Assembly (NCBI RefSeq): GCF_009914755.1 | Contig: NC_060944.1 | Origin: the human T2T-CHM13v2.0 reference genome, Homo sapiens | Length of the DNA: 64,000 nucleotides | Strand: one strand, 5' to 3' | Part shown: positions 40,711 to 57,219 of the stretch, in pieces | How the letters are laid out: each line of letters opens with the position of its first letter | How positions within the stretch are numbered: the first letter of the stretch is position 1 | Program-made: the position numbers and the translations under genes | Notes under the pieces: model-generated | The model's input: the letters and a program-made list of their open reading frames with translations, nothing else | Told to the model about the DNA's origin: nothing | Database searches by the model: none

Positions 40711-43316
40711 AAGGAATGAACCAGAAAGTATCATTCTTAAGACATTATTTAACCCCAAATAAGACATTTTGTATACACAATCTTGAAACTCAATTGTGTT
40801 GTCCATAGAGATGAAGAAAGTTCCAGTTACTTGTTAATCCTGGATTTCAGATATATTTAGAACTCGTGTATTCTGTTAGGAGAGCAAACTTTATACCCAA
40901 GTTTAGTGATTCCTCCCATTCACCTTTAGCATGAAAATACAGAGCAACCTGTTAAGGTTCATTTAATTTATTCTATATTACTATGTTCTCTAAAGCAAGC
41001 TAAATATAAAGATTTCTAACAATGATGCATTTAGTAGGAATATTAATATACATACCTTAACAAAATGTTTTAAATATTAAATGAGAAATATTAAATATGT
41101 ATGAAAGTGTTCTTTCACCTCAACGTTTATGATACAATTTGGACATTTGGCACACATGACATCAAATGCACGTGTGTTTCATTTACCCTCATATTCATCA
41201 AAATACATTTTTATTAACTTGTGTTCGTAATAATCACACTAGTGCCAGATTATAATCTCAGTGCTTCATTGCCCAATCATCCTTCGGATTTGCAATATTA
41301 GTTCCCCTTTCCACCATTTTCTAAATGAGAACACTGAGGTTCTTAATCACTAGGCTGTTTAGAGATGGATTCCATGACTCAGAGCTGGTCCTCAATACCT
41401 ACTTATATATCTAGATGCTAGTAACTCCAAGTTTAATGAGCTCATGAAGTTTATGTGGGTTTCAGATATACCTAGGTTTTTATTTTCCAAGTCCTGTGGA
41501 ATGAATGAAGGAGGGAATGTGCTCTTGACTGTTAGAAAAACAGAGAGCAGAGAGTTAGTATAAAGGCAGAAGGCTCTGTGTTTCTACTGTCTAAGAGACA
41601 GTTAACAACTGCCATAACATTATGGCAAAACTTTCTTACAATGTCAAATTTCTTTGTCTCACCTGCTTGAACTGAAAATAGACTAGTACATTTAATACTC
41701 AAAATTGAATCATTTGCAAGATGTTACTTAAAAAATACCTTAGTGGGTTTTTGTTCTCATTAAAATATCAACATGTAAGTCTAACCTTGAAAAATATATT
41801 GTTTGCAAGAGAAATACTCTTAGCCTGAGTGGCCCTTTTCCTCCTGCCTCTTTTTAAAAGAAGATTAAGCCATTGTTTCCTCTGAATTAAACATCTAAAG
41901 TAATGAAAATTATTTTTAAGCCAAGCAATTACAAGTTTATTGATTTTATGAGTTCAAATTATGACCCTAAACCATTCTTTATGACATTCCTGAGAGAATA
42001 GAGCCCTGTTTTCCTAAATGACAGAACAGTTCTTCTTCTGAATTACCAGAAAAGGCAGAATTAATAAAATATTGGTAGCTCTACAAAAAGAAAAGAAAAA
42101 AAGCCAGCAAACAATTATTGAGGACTTTACAAACATTAACTTACTTATGCTTGCATTGGTAATGGTAGCAGGTCTTACTGTCTTGGTTCACAAGTAATTA
42201 TGGCTTATGGCTCACTGAAGCGATGTCATCATGCAGTCGTCCAAATGCTAACAGAAGGCGCTGGAATTTAAATTTAGGTCATTTTGACCCCATATCCTCT
42301 GTCTCTGTTGCATATGTGTTTTATGATTTGAAGTATTTTATCAAAATTCACTTGAGTGCTAGTCTGTCATAAGCCCAAGCATTCCTAGATAGCAGCCTGT
42401 TAACCTTTTAGTTGTCCTCACTGAATATTAAGCATGGAAAGAAGGATAAAATGCACACCGAGGAGCCAAAGTTGTTCAATTTGGTTAACCCTATCTTGCG
42501 TTCCTCCACAGTTTATTCTTCTCAAATTTCATTCAATAAGTTGAAAAATCCTGCTGTTAAAACAGAAGTTGTTAATCATGGAATTCAGCATTCTACTTTA
42601 GCATTTTATACTGGATTTTGAACATCAAGGTTCCAATCTAGTTGCTATTTTCCTTCTATCTCCTTTCTCTGGGTGATTTCATTCATGTCCATGGTTTAAA
42701 TTACTACATATGTGTGCCTGTTCTCAAATTTCACCCCACCCCATTTGTCTTGTTTGTGCTTCAAATTATTTAGTTCAGTCCAATGATTTCTTCTCCATTT
42801 GGAAGTTTAACTGCCATCTAGAATTCAGTGAGCCAACAACTGAACTCAGTCACTACTCTGAAAAATAAATATTAAAAATCTGAGGGAGAAAGAAAGGAAG
42901 GAAAATGAGAAAAGAAGAAGCAGAGGAAAGCGGGTTGGGGGGGGGTGCGGTAAAGAAAAGCAGGAAGACCAGTTTAAAAATTCTGTGTTCCACATTTCAG
43001 TGAAGAACACCGACAGTCATCTAGTGGCCCACCAGGCACCAGAGCATCCCGCTTGACTTCACTACCTCATCCCATGCGTCACCACAACCCAGGACTTACA
43101 TTCTAAGTATTTCTCAAATATACACACTTTTCCCAACTGCCTTTGCCACTAGGGTTTTCCAATCTCTGGCGTCTATTCTTAAATCTATTCACTAGCTTTC
43201 CCAATAGTCTTCTGTTTTTTTTTTCTTGTCAACTCTCAATCCAAACTCAATGTTGCAAAACGAGGTGAATATTCAAAAATAAAAATCTGAACATGCCACT
43301 CCCGGTTCCTAGTATG

Positions 43317-43490
43317 GTAAAGAGCTTAAGGCGTAAATTATGGAGCCGACTTACCTAGGTTTCATTCTGGCTATGCCGTTTAGTACTCAGAGCAAGTTAC
43401 TTAGTAAAGAGTTTAAGGCATAAATTATGAAACCAGCTTACCTGAGTTTCATTCTGGCTATGCTGTTGAGGACTTAGAGCAAGTTACCTA
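43317..43490. repeat. 87-bp tandem duplication within a MIR
   Basis: gtaaagag[c/t]ttaaggc...gagcaagttac occurs at 43317 and 43404; the copies are diverged. Confidence 0.9.
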
Positions 43491-43794
43491 ACCTCTTTAT
43501 GCATCCATTTTCTTTATTGTAAAATGAGAATAATAATAATGATTTCTACCTAATTGAGTTGTTATAATATTAAGTGAGTTAATACATGAAAAGCATACTA
43601 TGTAAGTGCCATATTAATGTTAGTTGCTCTTATTTTTTCCTTATTACTGCTTAAACTCCTCAAATAAAGCCCAAACCCTACTGCAGAGCTTACCAGATTC
43701 TTGTGTTTGAGCCACCATTTACCTCACTGTTCACACTCTTGAGCTGTTAGCATTTTCCACCCTTATTGTAGAAGTCCTGGCTATGAACTTCTAA

Positions 43795-46160
43795 AATTAT
43801 TATTACTTTTAAAAATTGACATATAAAATTGAATGTATTTCCATGTATAAGGTTTTGAAGTGTGTGTGTGTGTATATGTTGTAAATCTACATACACACAT
43901 GTATTGTGAATAGATACACATATATATGTTGTGAATATATATATTATATGCTGTGGTTACATATACACATATATATATTACATATATATAGTGAAAGAAC
44001 AAAATTTAGCCAATTAATAAATACATTGCCTTACAAGGTTATCCTTTTTTTGGTGAGAACACAATATCTACTCTCAATAATTTTAAGAATATAATATATT
44101 GTTGTTAACTATAGTCACCATGTTATACAATAGATCTGTTGAACTTATTTCTCCTATCTAACTGAAATTGTGTATCCTTCAACCAGAATCTCCCTAGCAC
44201 CTCCACCCTAACCACCCTCGCCCCTGGTAACTACCACTCTATTCTACTTGTACAAAATCTACTTTTTTAGATTCCACGTACGAGTGACATCATGCAATAT
44301 TTGTCTTTCCGTGCCTAGCTTATTTTATTTAACATCATATCTTCAGGTGCATCTATGTTATAACGAATGATAAGATTTTCTTCTTTTTTAAATGACTGAA
44401 TAATTTTATGACTAAAATAATTTCATTTTGTTTATCACCACATTTTTTTTTATCCATTTATCCATTGATGGAACTTAGGTTGATTCCATAACTTGGCTAT
44501 TGTGAATACTGCAATAAACATGAGAATGCAGGCACCTCCTCAACATACCAATTTCATTTCATTTGGATACATAACCAGCAGTAGAATTTCTGGATCATAT
44601 AGCCATTCTATTTTTAATTTGTTGAGCATCCTCTGTACTGTTTTCCATAATGGCTATACTAATTTACATTCTTACCAACAGTGTGCAGGGTTCATTTTTT
44701 CCTCCACATCCTCACCAGTACTTGTGTGGTTTTCTTCTGTGTTTTCTTTCAGTAGTTTTAGTTTCAGGTCTTACATATTAGTCTTTAATCTATTTTGAGT
44801 CTATTCTTTGTATATGGTGTGAGATAGGGGTCTAATTTCATTTTTCGGTATGTTGGTATCCACTTTCCCAGCACCATTTATTGGAGAGACGGACCTTTCT
44901 CCATTGTGTGTTCTTGGAAAACTTGTCAAAAATCAGTCAATGTTGTCTTATTTCTAGGATCTCTATTTTGTCCGTTTGGTCTATGTGTTTGTCTTTATGT
45001 TAAAATAGATCAGTGTCATGCTCTTTTGCCTACTATACTGTTGTAGAAAATTTGAAGTCAGGTAGTTTGATGTCTCCAGCTTTGTTCTTTCTGCTCCAGG
45101 TTGTGGTGACTATTTGGGGTATTTGTAGTTCCACACAAATTCTGGAATTATTTTTTCTATTTCTGTGAATAATGCCATTAGTATTTTTATAGGAATTGCA
45201 TTGAATATGTAGATTGCTTGGGGTAGTATGGACATTTTAACAACATTAATTATTCCAATTCATGAACATGGAGTATCTTTTCACTTATTTGTGTCTTCTT
45301 CAATTATTATACTAATATTTTATAGTTTTCAGTATACATATCTTTTGGCTCCTTTGTTAAATGTATTCCTAAGTATCTAATTTTGTGTAGTTGTTATAAA
45401 TGGGGTTGTCTGTATGACTTCTTTTTCAGATAGTTCACTGTTAGTGTGGAGAAACAATACTGATTTTTTTAATGCTGATTTTGTATCCTGCAACTGTATT
45501 GAACTTGTTATTAATTCTAATAGTTTTTTGGTGGAGACTTTAAAGTTTCCTATATATAAGACCATGCCGTCTGGAAACAGGGTCAATTTAACTTCTTTCT
45601 TTCCTATTTGGATGCCTTTTATTTCTTTCTCTTGCCAATTGTTCTGGCTAAAACTTCCAGTATTATGTTGAATAGAAGTGACAAGAGTGGTCAACCTTGA
45701 CTTATTCTGTATCTTGGAGAAAAATCTCTCAACTTTTCCCCACTGAGTATGAGGTTAGCTATGGGTTTGTCATATGACCTTTACTGTCCTGAAGTAAATT
45801 ACTTCTATACCTAATTTGTTGAGTGTTTTTCAATTATGAAAGAATGTTGAACATTGTCAAATGCTTTTTCTGCATATATTGAAATGATTGTATGTAATTC
45901 TTCACTCTGTTCATGTAATGTATTACATTTATTGATTTGCATGTGTTGAACCACCCTTGCAGCTCAGGGATGAATTCCACTTGATCGTGTGAATGATCTT
46001 TTAAATATGCAATTTAATTCAGTTTGCTAGTATTTGGTTGAAGATTTTTGCATCTATGTTCATCAGGAATGTTGGCCAGTAGTTTTGTTTGTTTGTTTGT
46101 TTCCTTCTTGCTTTTTTGTAGTCCCTTTGTCTGGTTTTGGTATAAGAGCAATGCTATTCT
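43795..46160 (-). mobile_element. Old L1MA-type element with internal deletion
   Basis: L1MA-type 3'UTR (atagatctgttgaacttatt, cccctggtaactaccactct) and ORF2 remnant EIKGIQIGKKEVKLTLFPDGM; ends approximate. Confidence 0.85.
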
Positions 46161-47749
46161 GGCCGTAAAGTTCTTTCCCTTCCTCTAATGCCTTATGTTT
46201 CATTTTGCCATTGATGCATTCACTTGCTATCTATGGAACACTCTTTCCTAACCATACATCTCCCCTTCTTCTTTGAAGTTTCAATGTAGATATTCCTTCC
46301 TCTTGGAATTATTTTTTAAATCCCTAACCTGGGTTAGGTGCCCATCCTCATACGCTATGACCTCATACTTCCTTAATCTTCACCACATTTCTATAGAACA
46401 TTGTAACTGACTGTTTACATGTCTGTCTTTACCACTAAATATATAAGTACCATGAGAGGGGGAATTCTGTCTTTCTTGTATTCATTTGCATAGTATCTGG
46501 TACAGTGTAAGGTCTTAATAAATACTTATTTAATTTGTTAAATGAATGGACTTTGTGCATTTTGTCCACTGCACAAATGCTCAAAGCCAAATGTGCGTTA
46601 TACCATGTTCAGTTTCTAGTGGCAAGAACACAGAAAATAAACCCCTTAATACTGAAGTCGATAGATTGCAGTGGTAGATGAGACATGTCCCCTGCCTATC
46701 CCCAGTGCCTCGTCATTTTTTATTCCAGATTCTTGAACTCATCAGTAAGAACCTAGCCATAGTCATAATTTTTATTTTTCTCACATTCTCACCAGTCAAT
46801 CACTATGATTATTGATTTTCTCAAACTTAATAAATGTAAGATATCTCATAGCCATTATGATGTAGAATACCATAGCTTCGGGATGCAAAGATTACTGTAG
46901 AACTATTATTTTAAAAGTTATGATTTATAGTTATAGCAGATGTTTTAAATAAAAAAGAAAAAACTGAACTGGTAAGATTCTTCTTAAATTTATTTATGAT
47001 TCCAAAGAAGTTTTCACATATACGTATGAGAAACAGTCGTAATCATTTAATTATGCTTCTAGTATATGAAAACCACTTTTAATGTTTGTTTGAATCATTT
47101 TTTCTTTGTGAATTGCCAAAGATGATAAAAACACAGTACCACATTATATTTGAAAGTACAAGGAGAATTCTTCTTCAATGGTCCCAAAGGTAGTGAACTA
47201 AATGGCTTAAAAAGTACAATAAGTACTTCTCAGTTATAGCAACATTTTCTAAGCTAATTTTCAAGATATTTCACTTTTCAAGGTGATTTTTTTTGCAGAA
47301 ATGAAAAAAATTTAAACAGACTTGGTTATGAACTGTTAGGAAATATGATTTCATCAAGAATGGGAAAATTTAAAATGCAGAAATGATTGCACAGCAGTCT
47401 TCACACTGTCTGAAAGAACAAGTGGTTAAGGAAGACTACAGTACTTTTTCTAATCATGTCCCTTGTGTTTTCGGTCTATTGAATGTACAAATTAAAAAAA
47501 AAATTAAAAAATTAAAAAACCTAAAATCAAAACCACATTTTCCTTTCTTCTCTACTTTCCCTGAGGTCACTTTAATTCTTTATATGCTAAGACTATCCCC
47601 CTCAAATGAGAGGGGATTTCCCAAAAAGAACTCTTATTTCAATATTCTTCATTCAATATATGTTCCCTCCATGTCATATGAATTCTAATCTTATACAATT
47701 CCTTTATGTTCTTACAACAATACACTGGTGATTTAATATACTTATCAAT

Positions 47750-47797
47750 TCATCCCTCCATCCATCCATCCATCCATCCATCTATCCATCCATCCAT
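47750..47797 (+). repeat. (CCAT)n microsatellite
   Basis: Seen directly. Confidence 0.93.
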
Positions 47798-49099
47798 TCT
47801 TTGAATTTTTAGCCAAGCCTGGCACTGCACTAACAATTTTTTGTGACCCTTAGTTTTCCCTTAATGAATCATGGTTCACACAAGGAGAACATAAGTAGGA
47901 TGATGTTTCTCTCCATCAGTTGTTTGTCGTGTTAAATTTAGCTATATCTGGCAGTGCCCAGATTTGATAATGATAAGTGAGTGTGATATACATGCTAGCA
48001 GAAAGGTATTTTATTATTCCTGCATGCAATGAGTAATTTTCAACCCACTGCAATCTCTGTTGGTTGCAGTAAACCTCAAATACAAAACACTCAGCTGAAA
48101 TTACTAACAAAATAACCTTTCCAAGTGATTTCTTTTCTCTTTTCCTGGTATCATTTGAAGCATGATGCCCAGTGAGGTAGAACTTTAATTTGTGTTTATT
48201 CATTTATTTATTTAAATAAAGGAACTTGCACTTGCAAAGTGCCTTCTTGTTTCCATTTCTATAGATAGTAGCATTCGTTTGCTTGGGGTGAAGTTTCTTT
48301 TTTCTCCATCTTATCATTTTGGGAGAAAGTGGACAAACTTGCATAAGGAGCCCAAGGGCTTGCTCTAGTAAAAGGATAACAATTCAAACTATTTCCCTTT
48401 ATGTCCAAGCCTGAAGAACCTGGGGCTGTGACTGGGACCTGCTGGCAGGACAGGAAGCATGAATCCCTGAAGGGAACTAACTCTAAAGAAAAGAGGAATC
48501 AGAACTAATGTCCCAGATACAACACCAACCCCTAAGTTTTCATGCCAGGGGATATAGCAAGTGAGCTGCTCCCTTTCTAATCCAGCTACTGAGGCATCAT
48601 GAGCGCAGCAGACAGATGAATGTTCCCTGTGTGATTTTTTTGCATCTTCCACTAGACTTCTGACTTTCCTCATTGGGGAGCAATAACACAGAGACACAGC
48701 GTGTCTGCTTTACTGCTGTAAGGAGAACGACATCTTATCACCTTTCACAAGCCAAAACTGCAAGATCCTGGGATCGAGACTTGGAAAAAATAAAGAGTGG
48801 ACTTCTCCTACATGAGTGGGATGAAGGCATAAAGACATTTAATCTATTGCATAACTTAAACTAGAGAAATGACCAGTGATATAGTTGATAAATATTTTGA
48901 TCATTTCACTCTGAGCAAATGATCTGACTATAGATTGTTGTACTACTTTGGAACTTGAGGAAACAATAGATTTATGTTAAAAGAAACCACGAGGCTAGAC
49001 TGGCTGGTATTTCTCCTAATCCCCTTCGCTCTAAATGTCTGGACGAGATGGGCCACAAGAGGCTCTTGTGAAGGATTTGGAGGATGGGCGTAAATCTGC

Positions 49100-49556
49100 A
49101 GCGCTTTTGCAGCTCACACATGGTCACTATCCACTGACTCACCTCTGGGCTTGCCTGTGACAGCGGCTAGCCTGCACCTGTTTCCTTTTCCCCTGGCTCC
49201 TCCTGCAGCTTCTCTGACTCCTGGGCCAGGTGTGAGTTCAGATGTTTGATGAAGGGCCCGGCTGCTGCAGGTCACTCTTGTCATCATGGTCACAGGCAAC
49301 AACAGCGAACGTGGGTTTCTGTCTATCTCCGTGGGCTCTAGATCCAGCTTGTAGTTTCCAGCTTGTCCCTGCTTTTCCTGATTCTACATCCGGCTTTCTT
49401 CCCAGACCCAGCTTCCTGTCTAGCAGACAACAACACCAGTCTCATACAATAGACTAGAGAGGCTGCCTGCCCAGCTCCCACCATTGCATGGGGCAAATCC
49501 ATACTTGTAATAAATTCATATTTATTTACTTATTGAATTGAACGCTGACAGATACA
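49100..49556 (+). mobile_element. ERVL-type LTR (LTR16-like)
   Basis: GC-richer block ending ...tgtaataaattc...gaacgctgacagataca, like LTR16 3' ends; 5' end uncertain. Confidence 0.55.
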
Positions 49557-50325
49557 GTGTCCCCTGGCAGCAACAGACTGAAGACTGAAGTGTCATCAGC
49601 CCACGTTGTAGTTACCTGGGCACACATGGCAAATGTTACCTTTCAGTGAGTCTTAAAGGTGTGAGTATTTAGACAACTATTTCTCCCACTCTTCAAAATT
49701 TAAGAGTCCATTTTAACAAAAGTAAAGCTTATTTTCCAGACAAAAGTTATCCCAATGCTACTTCCCCACCCTTGCTTTAAGGCACTGTATGTTTCCATTT
49801 TCCCGCCTTTGTTAGATTAAAAAAACTCAAGACAAAATGTTTGACTATATATCTCTAAAGAGCTAAAGCTTATCTGTTTCTCAGAAGATTGGATGTCGAG
49901 CTTTTACTGAACTCTATTTTTAGATCACTACCTCTTTGATAAATCTCTAATATAAGTGCCAGTGCAACTGGATGTGTCTTTTTTGTTTTGTGTTGTATTT
50001 TTTTGGTGTACGAGATTTTAAATCTCAAAGATAACAGTACAAGAAATCTTTATCATCAGGCACATGGCTTATGCATCATCTTCATCAGCAAGTTGACATA
50101 AAAAGACAGAAAATTGCTATAAAGTTACGAGTGAAAATAGAAAGTGGCCATTTAAACGATTATCAATGCAAATATTAAGCCTGAGTTTTTTTCTGGGATA
50201 GAACCACCTCTCCTTCCACTTTGTAAAACTACTCTTAATCATTACATTCCTCCAAATGAACAAAAATCCTAACCATATTTCAAGCACATGTAGAAAATTA
50301 GCTCGTGAAAAAATAGTAAAAATGA

Positions 50326-50396
50326 TTTATTAGGAAATTTAATTTCTGTAAAGTTCTCATTTTATTAGGAAATTTAATTTCTATAAAGTTCTCATT
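50326..50396. repeat. 35-bp tandem duplication
   Basis: tttattaggaaatttaatttct[g/a]taaagttctcat x2. Confidence 0.95.
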
Positions 50397-51645
50397 AATG
50401 ATATATTGGGTCAGGGGTAGTAACAATTTATTATAAGATAAATAAAGCAACATGTTTCTTGATATTGGAAACCTAAGTACAAGCAAAGTTTCCTAGCATA
50501 GTCTTTGATAGAATGGTTCCAAAAAATATCTCAAATAAATGCACAAAATACTGGATATATCTCAAAGACACCAGTGCATGGAGATCTTTATCATCAATGC
50601 ATGTTGCTTAAGTACCATCTTAATTAGGAAGCTGGCATGAAAAGACAGAAAATATACGCATATATATACACACAAATACGTATTTATTCTTTGTAAATTG
50701 TATATATTTAGAAAATAGATACATAGCAATTGTAATGAAAACTAAAACACACCTAAGTTGGATACATAAGTGCATTGTGGTCTAAGGCAAAACTCTCCCT
50801 ACAGCTACCCTATGAGTAGGCCTCAGGAAACAACGTAACCTCTCATTATTCAGATGAGGAAACTGACGACCTAGGAAGTAAAGACCTGTAGTGGTCACTG
50901 CAGGGTCTTCTGACTTCTAATCCAAAATGCTGACTTCTCCCTCTGGTCCTCAAAAGAAGTCACCTAGCACTCTGTGATAACTTTACAGCTCCGACTGGAA
51001 GAAGAAGAAGAAGAAGAAAAAAAATAGCCTGATTTATTCCCTTTTTACTTAAAAAACAAAATCCACACGCTAAGAATATTCCTGTTGTTGGTGTGAAGGG
51101 AGTGATTTCACATTTGACAAAATGATGCCAACTCAGACGGGTGTTGCTGGTGCCTGACACCCGCAGGCTTTGGCACCTCTAAATTCAAAACCAGCTGCCA
51201 TCTCTCATTTTTAAGCTCTTAGAACCACCTTCCACTAACAAGGGTCATATTTAAACTTTCAGTTTTTTCAAAGTTATAATATGTGTGAAAAGCAGGATAT
51301 TAAAGCAGATGAAGAGAGAGCCACACAGATACCAGAGGGCAGACTGTTCCTATACTCAGATGCAGGCTGGAAGCTAAGTTACTATTTCACTACTAGAGTT
51401 CTTGGAAAATAAAGAAAGGAAAGGTACTGAGAATCTGGGTCTGGGTCCTGGCCCCTGTGGGTTTGGTATTTTAAAACCACTTAAACGATTTATGTCACTT
51501 TTTTTAACAGTCACCAGGCACCTGCTGACCCAGCTCTACTGCTTGCTAGCTATGGAACTTTGGATATGTTGACCTCTCTGTTCCTCAGTTTCCTCATCTT
51601 TAAAATTCAACAGTAATAATATCTACCTCATGAAATTGTGTTGTT

Positions 51646-52820
51646 CATACCCACGTAACGTACTCTAGACTTGTTGAATCAGATATCGAAGGCGAGCACC
51701 TGGGGGATCCATATTTTTAATAGGCACTTTCGAGTGATTGTTAGGACTGGGCAAATTTACTAAACATTATTAAAATGGAAAAAGGATAAATACAGAAGTC
51801 AGACTCCGATTCAAGGAGAATAATAGACAAAGTATGGACAGCACTTACTGTGTGCCAGGCACTGTTCTAAACACTTTGCAAGTAATTTAACTGTTGTTGG
51901 TGTGAAGGGAATGATTTCACATTTTACAAAATGACACAAACTCAGGAGGGCATTGCCAGTGCCTGATACCTGCAGGCTTTATAAATTTTAGAAACATATT
52001 TAGAAAATTGTAATGTAGCAACTATAAGGAAATCTAAAAACACACATAGATCATCTAGTCTTTAAAATTAGAGAGTAATAATATCTTCCACATGGAGTTG
52101 TACTGCGGTTGAGAAAATGCACAAAAATGCCAAGAGGTTTTTGACTATTATAAACAATATCTTAGTAGTTATTATTGTTAGTGTGTGTGAGGCAGGCATG
52201 TTCACATTTAATCCTCAAATTCCTCTGCTAGGTCAGTGTGTATAAAAGAAGAAATAGAAGCCCAAAACGTTTGAATAAATTGCTTATAATTAACACAACT
52301 GACAGACAACAGTTGAGATCTATGGGATGATTATAATGCTGTTTCTACACTCCTGTGATATGATCTCCAATCACCAGCTCAGGTAACTGTTTACCTCCAG
52401 GAGACACTTCAACATGGTGGTTACGAGTTTGGACTGTGTCATCAAATGGTCTGGGATCAAATCCCAGCACTGCTGTTTATGGCTGTGTGACTGTGCCAGT
52501 CCTCAGCCTCTCCATGCTTCAGTCCCTTCATCTGCACAATGGGATTCATAGGATTGTTATGGGAGTAAATTTGTAAGTAAATACTTGCAAAGTGTTTAGA
52601 GCAGTGCCTGACACACAGCAAGTGCTCTCTACCCTTTGCCTATTATTCTTCTTGAATCCAAGTCTGACTTCTGTATTTATCCTCTTTTCATTTCAATAGT
52701 GTTTACCAAATTTGCCCAGTCCTAAAAATCACTTGAAAGTGCCTACTACAAATACGGATTCCCCAGGTTCTTGCCTTAGATATCTGATTCACCAAGTCTA
52801 GAGTAGGTTACAGGGATATG
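51646..52820. repeat. ~245-bp inverted repeat pair (51646-51889 / 52578-52820)
   Basis: Collinear reverse-complement match across MER5-like, unique and MIR sequence, e.g. aggataaatacagaagtcagact / agtctgacttctgtatttatcct. Confidence 0.92.
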
Positions 52821-53022
52821 CATTTTTCACATACCTGATGCTTCCCTCCCCAACCAACCAGATGACTTTTACGATATAGCAAATGTAGAAATTCTATATG
52901 AGAAGTCCTCAAACTTTAGTGTTTGTGTGAAATTATCTATAGAGTTTTGGAAAGTCCACATGTCTAAACCTTACCTGTGGAGGGTGTAATATAAATGAAA
53001 GGTTAGACCCGCGCACTTGACA

Positions 53023-55116
<2,094 letters not shown>

Positions 55117-57219
55117 TCACTGTATCCACCCAGTAACATTCAGTATGTGTAACCTTCAGTCTGGCTGGAAGGGCCTAGGTTCTCACAGTCGTGGCAAACA
55201 TTCACAGAAGATGCCAAGGTTAATCCAAATAGCAATTCAACGTTTCACTACATGGAGGGTATCCCGGTTTTGTAAGTAAGTAAGAAGGTTTTGTGGTTTC
55301 AGAATTAAACACCACCTGTAGACTGATGGGCATAGGTCAAATTCTGGAATTATCCTGTTTACATTCAGCAAACTTGAACAAAAACCTTGACCTGTCTGCT
55401 GGTCTTTTCTGTTCTACTTTTCTTTGCATAAAAATTGTGAAGATTGAGAGTTAGATCTAAAATCTGTGGAGGTACAGGGGATGGTTATAATCCTGTTCCT
55501 ACCCATATGTAGTGTGACACAGCAAACACCAACTCTGGTGACCAAGTTTCCAACCATGATATTGGACTGAAGATTCTTCCACTCTATAGTCATTGGCCTT
55601 AACTTCTATGAACACACTTGCTAGAAAAATGATAGGAGACTTTTATTTGGCACAGAATGGAACCTCACACCCAAACCATGGGAACAGAATAGTTTTAATG
55701 GCTTTAAAGTCAATGACAGAAATCCAATTCAAACATGTTAAATACACACACACATGTGCACTCACATGATTGAGAAGCCCAGGATTTGGATCCAGGAACT
55801 AAGGTCATATTGTTAATGTCTCTTCCACATGTCTCCCCACATATCCAAAGTTCCTACATTAGACCTTTCATGTAGTAAGTTTTCAATGAATCATTACTGA
55901 GTGACTTTTTAACTTACTCTATGTGTTTTCTGACGTATTTTCTAAACTGTGCATATCTCAAATTTTGGATAAGGTGTCTAGATTTTTTAAGGTACTTTAC
56001 AACTTTTTTCTTTTGTTAAACTATGTTCTGTTGAGTCCTGTGAATTTATTCCTCATTGTAAAAGTACTGAACAAAATAAAAAATACATTTGTAGCCCTGC
56101 CATCAGATACTTTTGACATCTTGGCCTCATTTTTAAAGTGAGAACATTGATGTTTTCAGAACTTTAAGGTTATGATATTTTTGTATGTCTGAACTTAAAG
56201 ATGAGCTATGTGTTCTCTGTTACCTTTCTCCTTCAACAGAGGATTGTACAACATTCATATGAGATCATCTGAGAAAAATAGCAGCATGTCCCCTTAAATT
56301 TGCCTAAAAATATATAAAATTTTGAGTTAATTAATTGACTGAAACTACAACCACTGGCAATTATTTCTTCTAGTTAACCACTGCCTCATTATCCCAGGCC
56401 AAGCTTCTGTCATTCATTTCTTCATGCATTCATTCATTCATTCATTCATCAAACATGTGTTGAACGTGTAATTAGATGTTAGAGATACAGAGTTGAGTGA
56501 AACAAATGCAGAGAGGGAATGACAAATCTCATGCATGCTGGTGCAGACTTGATTAATTGAGCGAATATTTATCAGGTATCTCCTAACACTCAAGCATCAT
56601 GCTAGGCTTTGAAGATATAGTTGTAAACAAGAAAGACAGAATCACTCTCCTTATGGAACTTAAAACATAGTGAAATGGAAAACAAACAGCTGAATAAAGA
56701 AGCAAATAAACAGAATAGATGGAGAAGCTCTATGGAGGAGTCATACTTCAGGTCCTGTGACAGGATAAAACTGTAATAAGATTTTGTGGAGATAATTGGT
56801 GGTATTTTTAAGAGATGGGATAGCTAGAAGGTCATATGTGATTTTTTTTGAGAACTGAAGGAATGGAAGGATGGGTACAAGACAGCCATGTGAAACAACA
56901 GGAAGAGTATTCCAGGCAAAGGAAAAGTATCTGCAGAGACCCATTAACATAAGTTATAGTACGGGAAGGAGATAAGCATGAGTAACGTGTGATAAAACAA
57001 GACGGGTGGGGAGAGGTGGGCTAATAAGTCATGCTTTAAGACATGGTAATAAATTTGATGTTTACTCAATTATAATTATGATGTTAATGGATGACTACAA
57101 TATATCTAATAAATGTTTGTTGCGTAATGGTTCAAAACAGGAGAAAATACACACAGGAAATTGTAAAAGATACAAAATAAAGAGCAGTTTATCATAAGTG
57201 TCCCTAGCACATAGAAGTG

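Noticed and set aside
44715-44740. Apparent ~450-bp skip inside the L1MA as splicing
   Set aside because: Internal deletions are common in old L1s and no splice signals can be shown.
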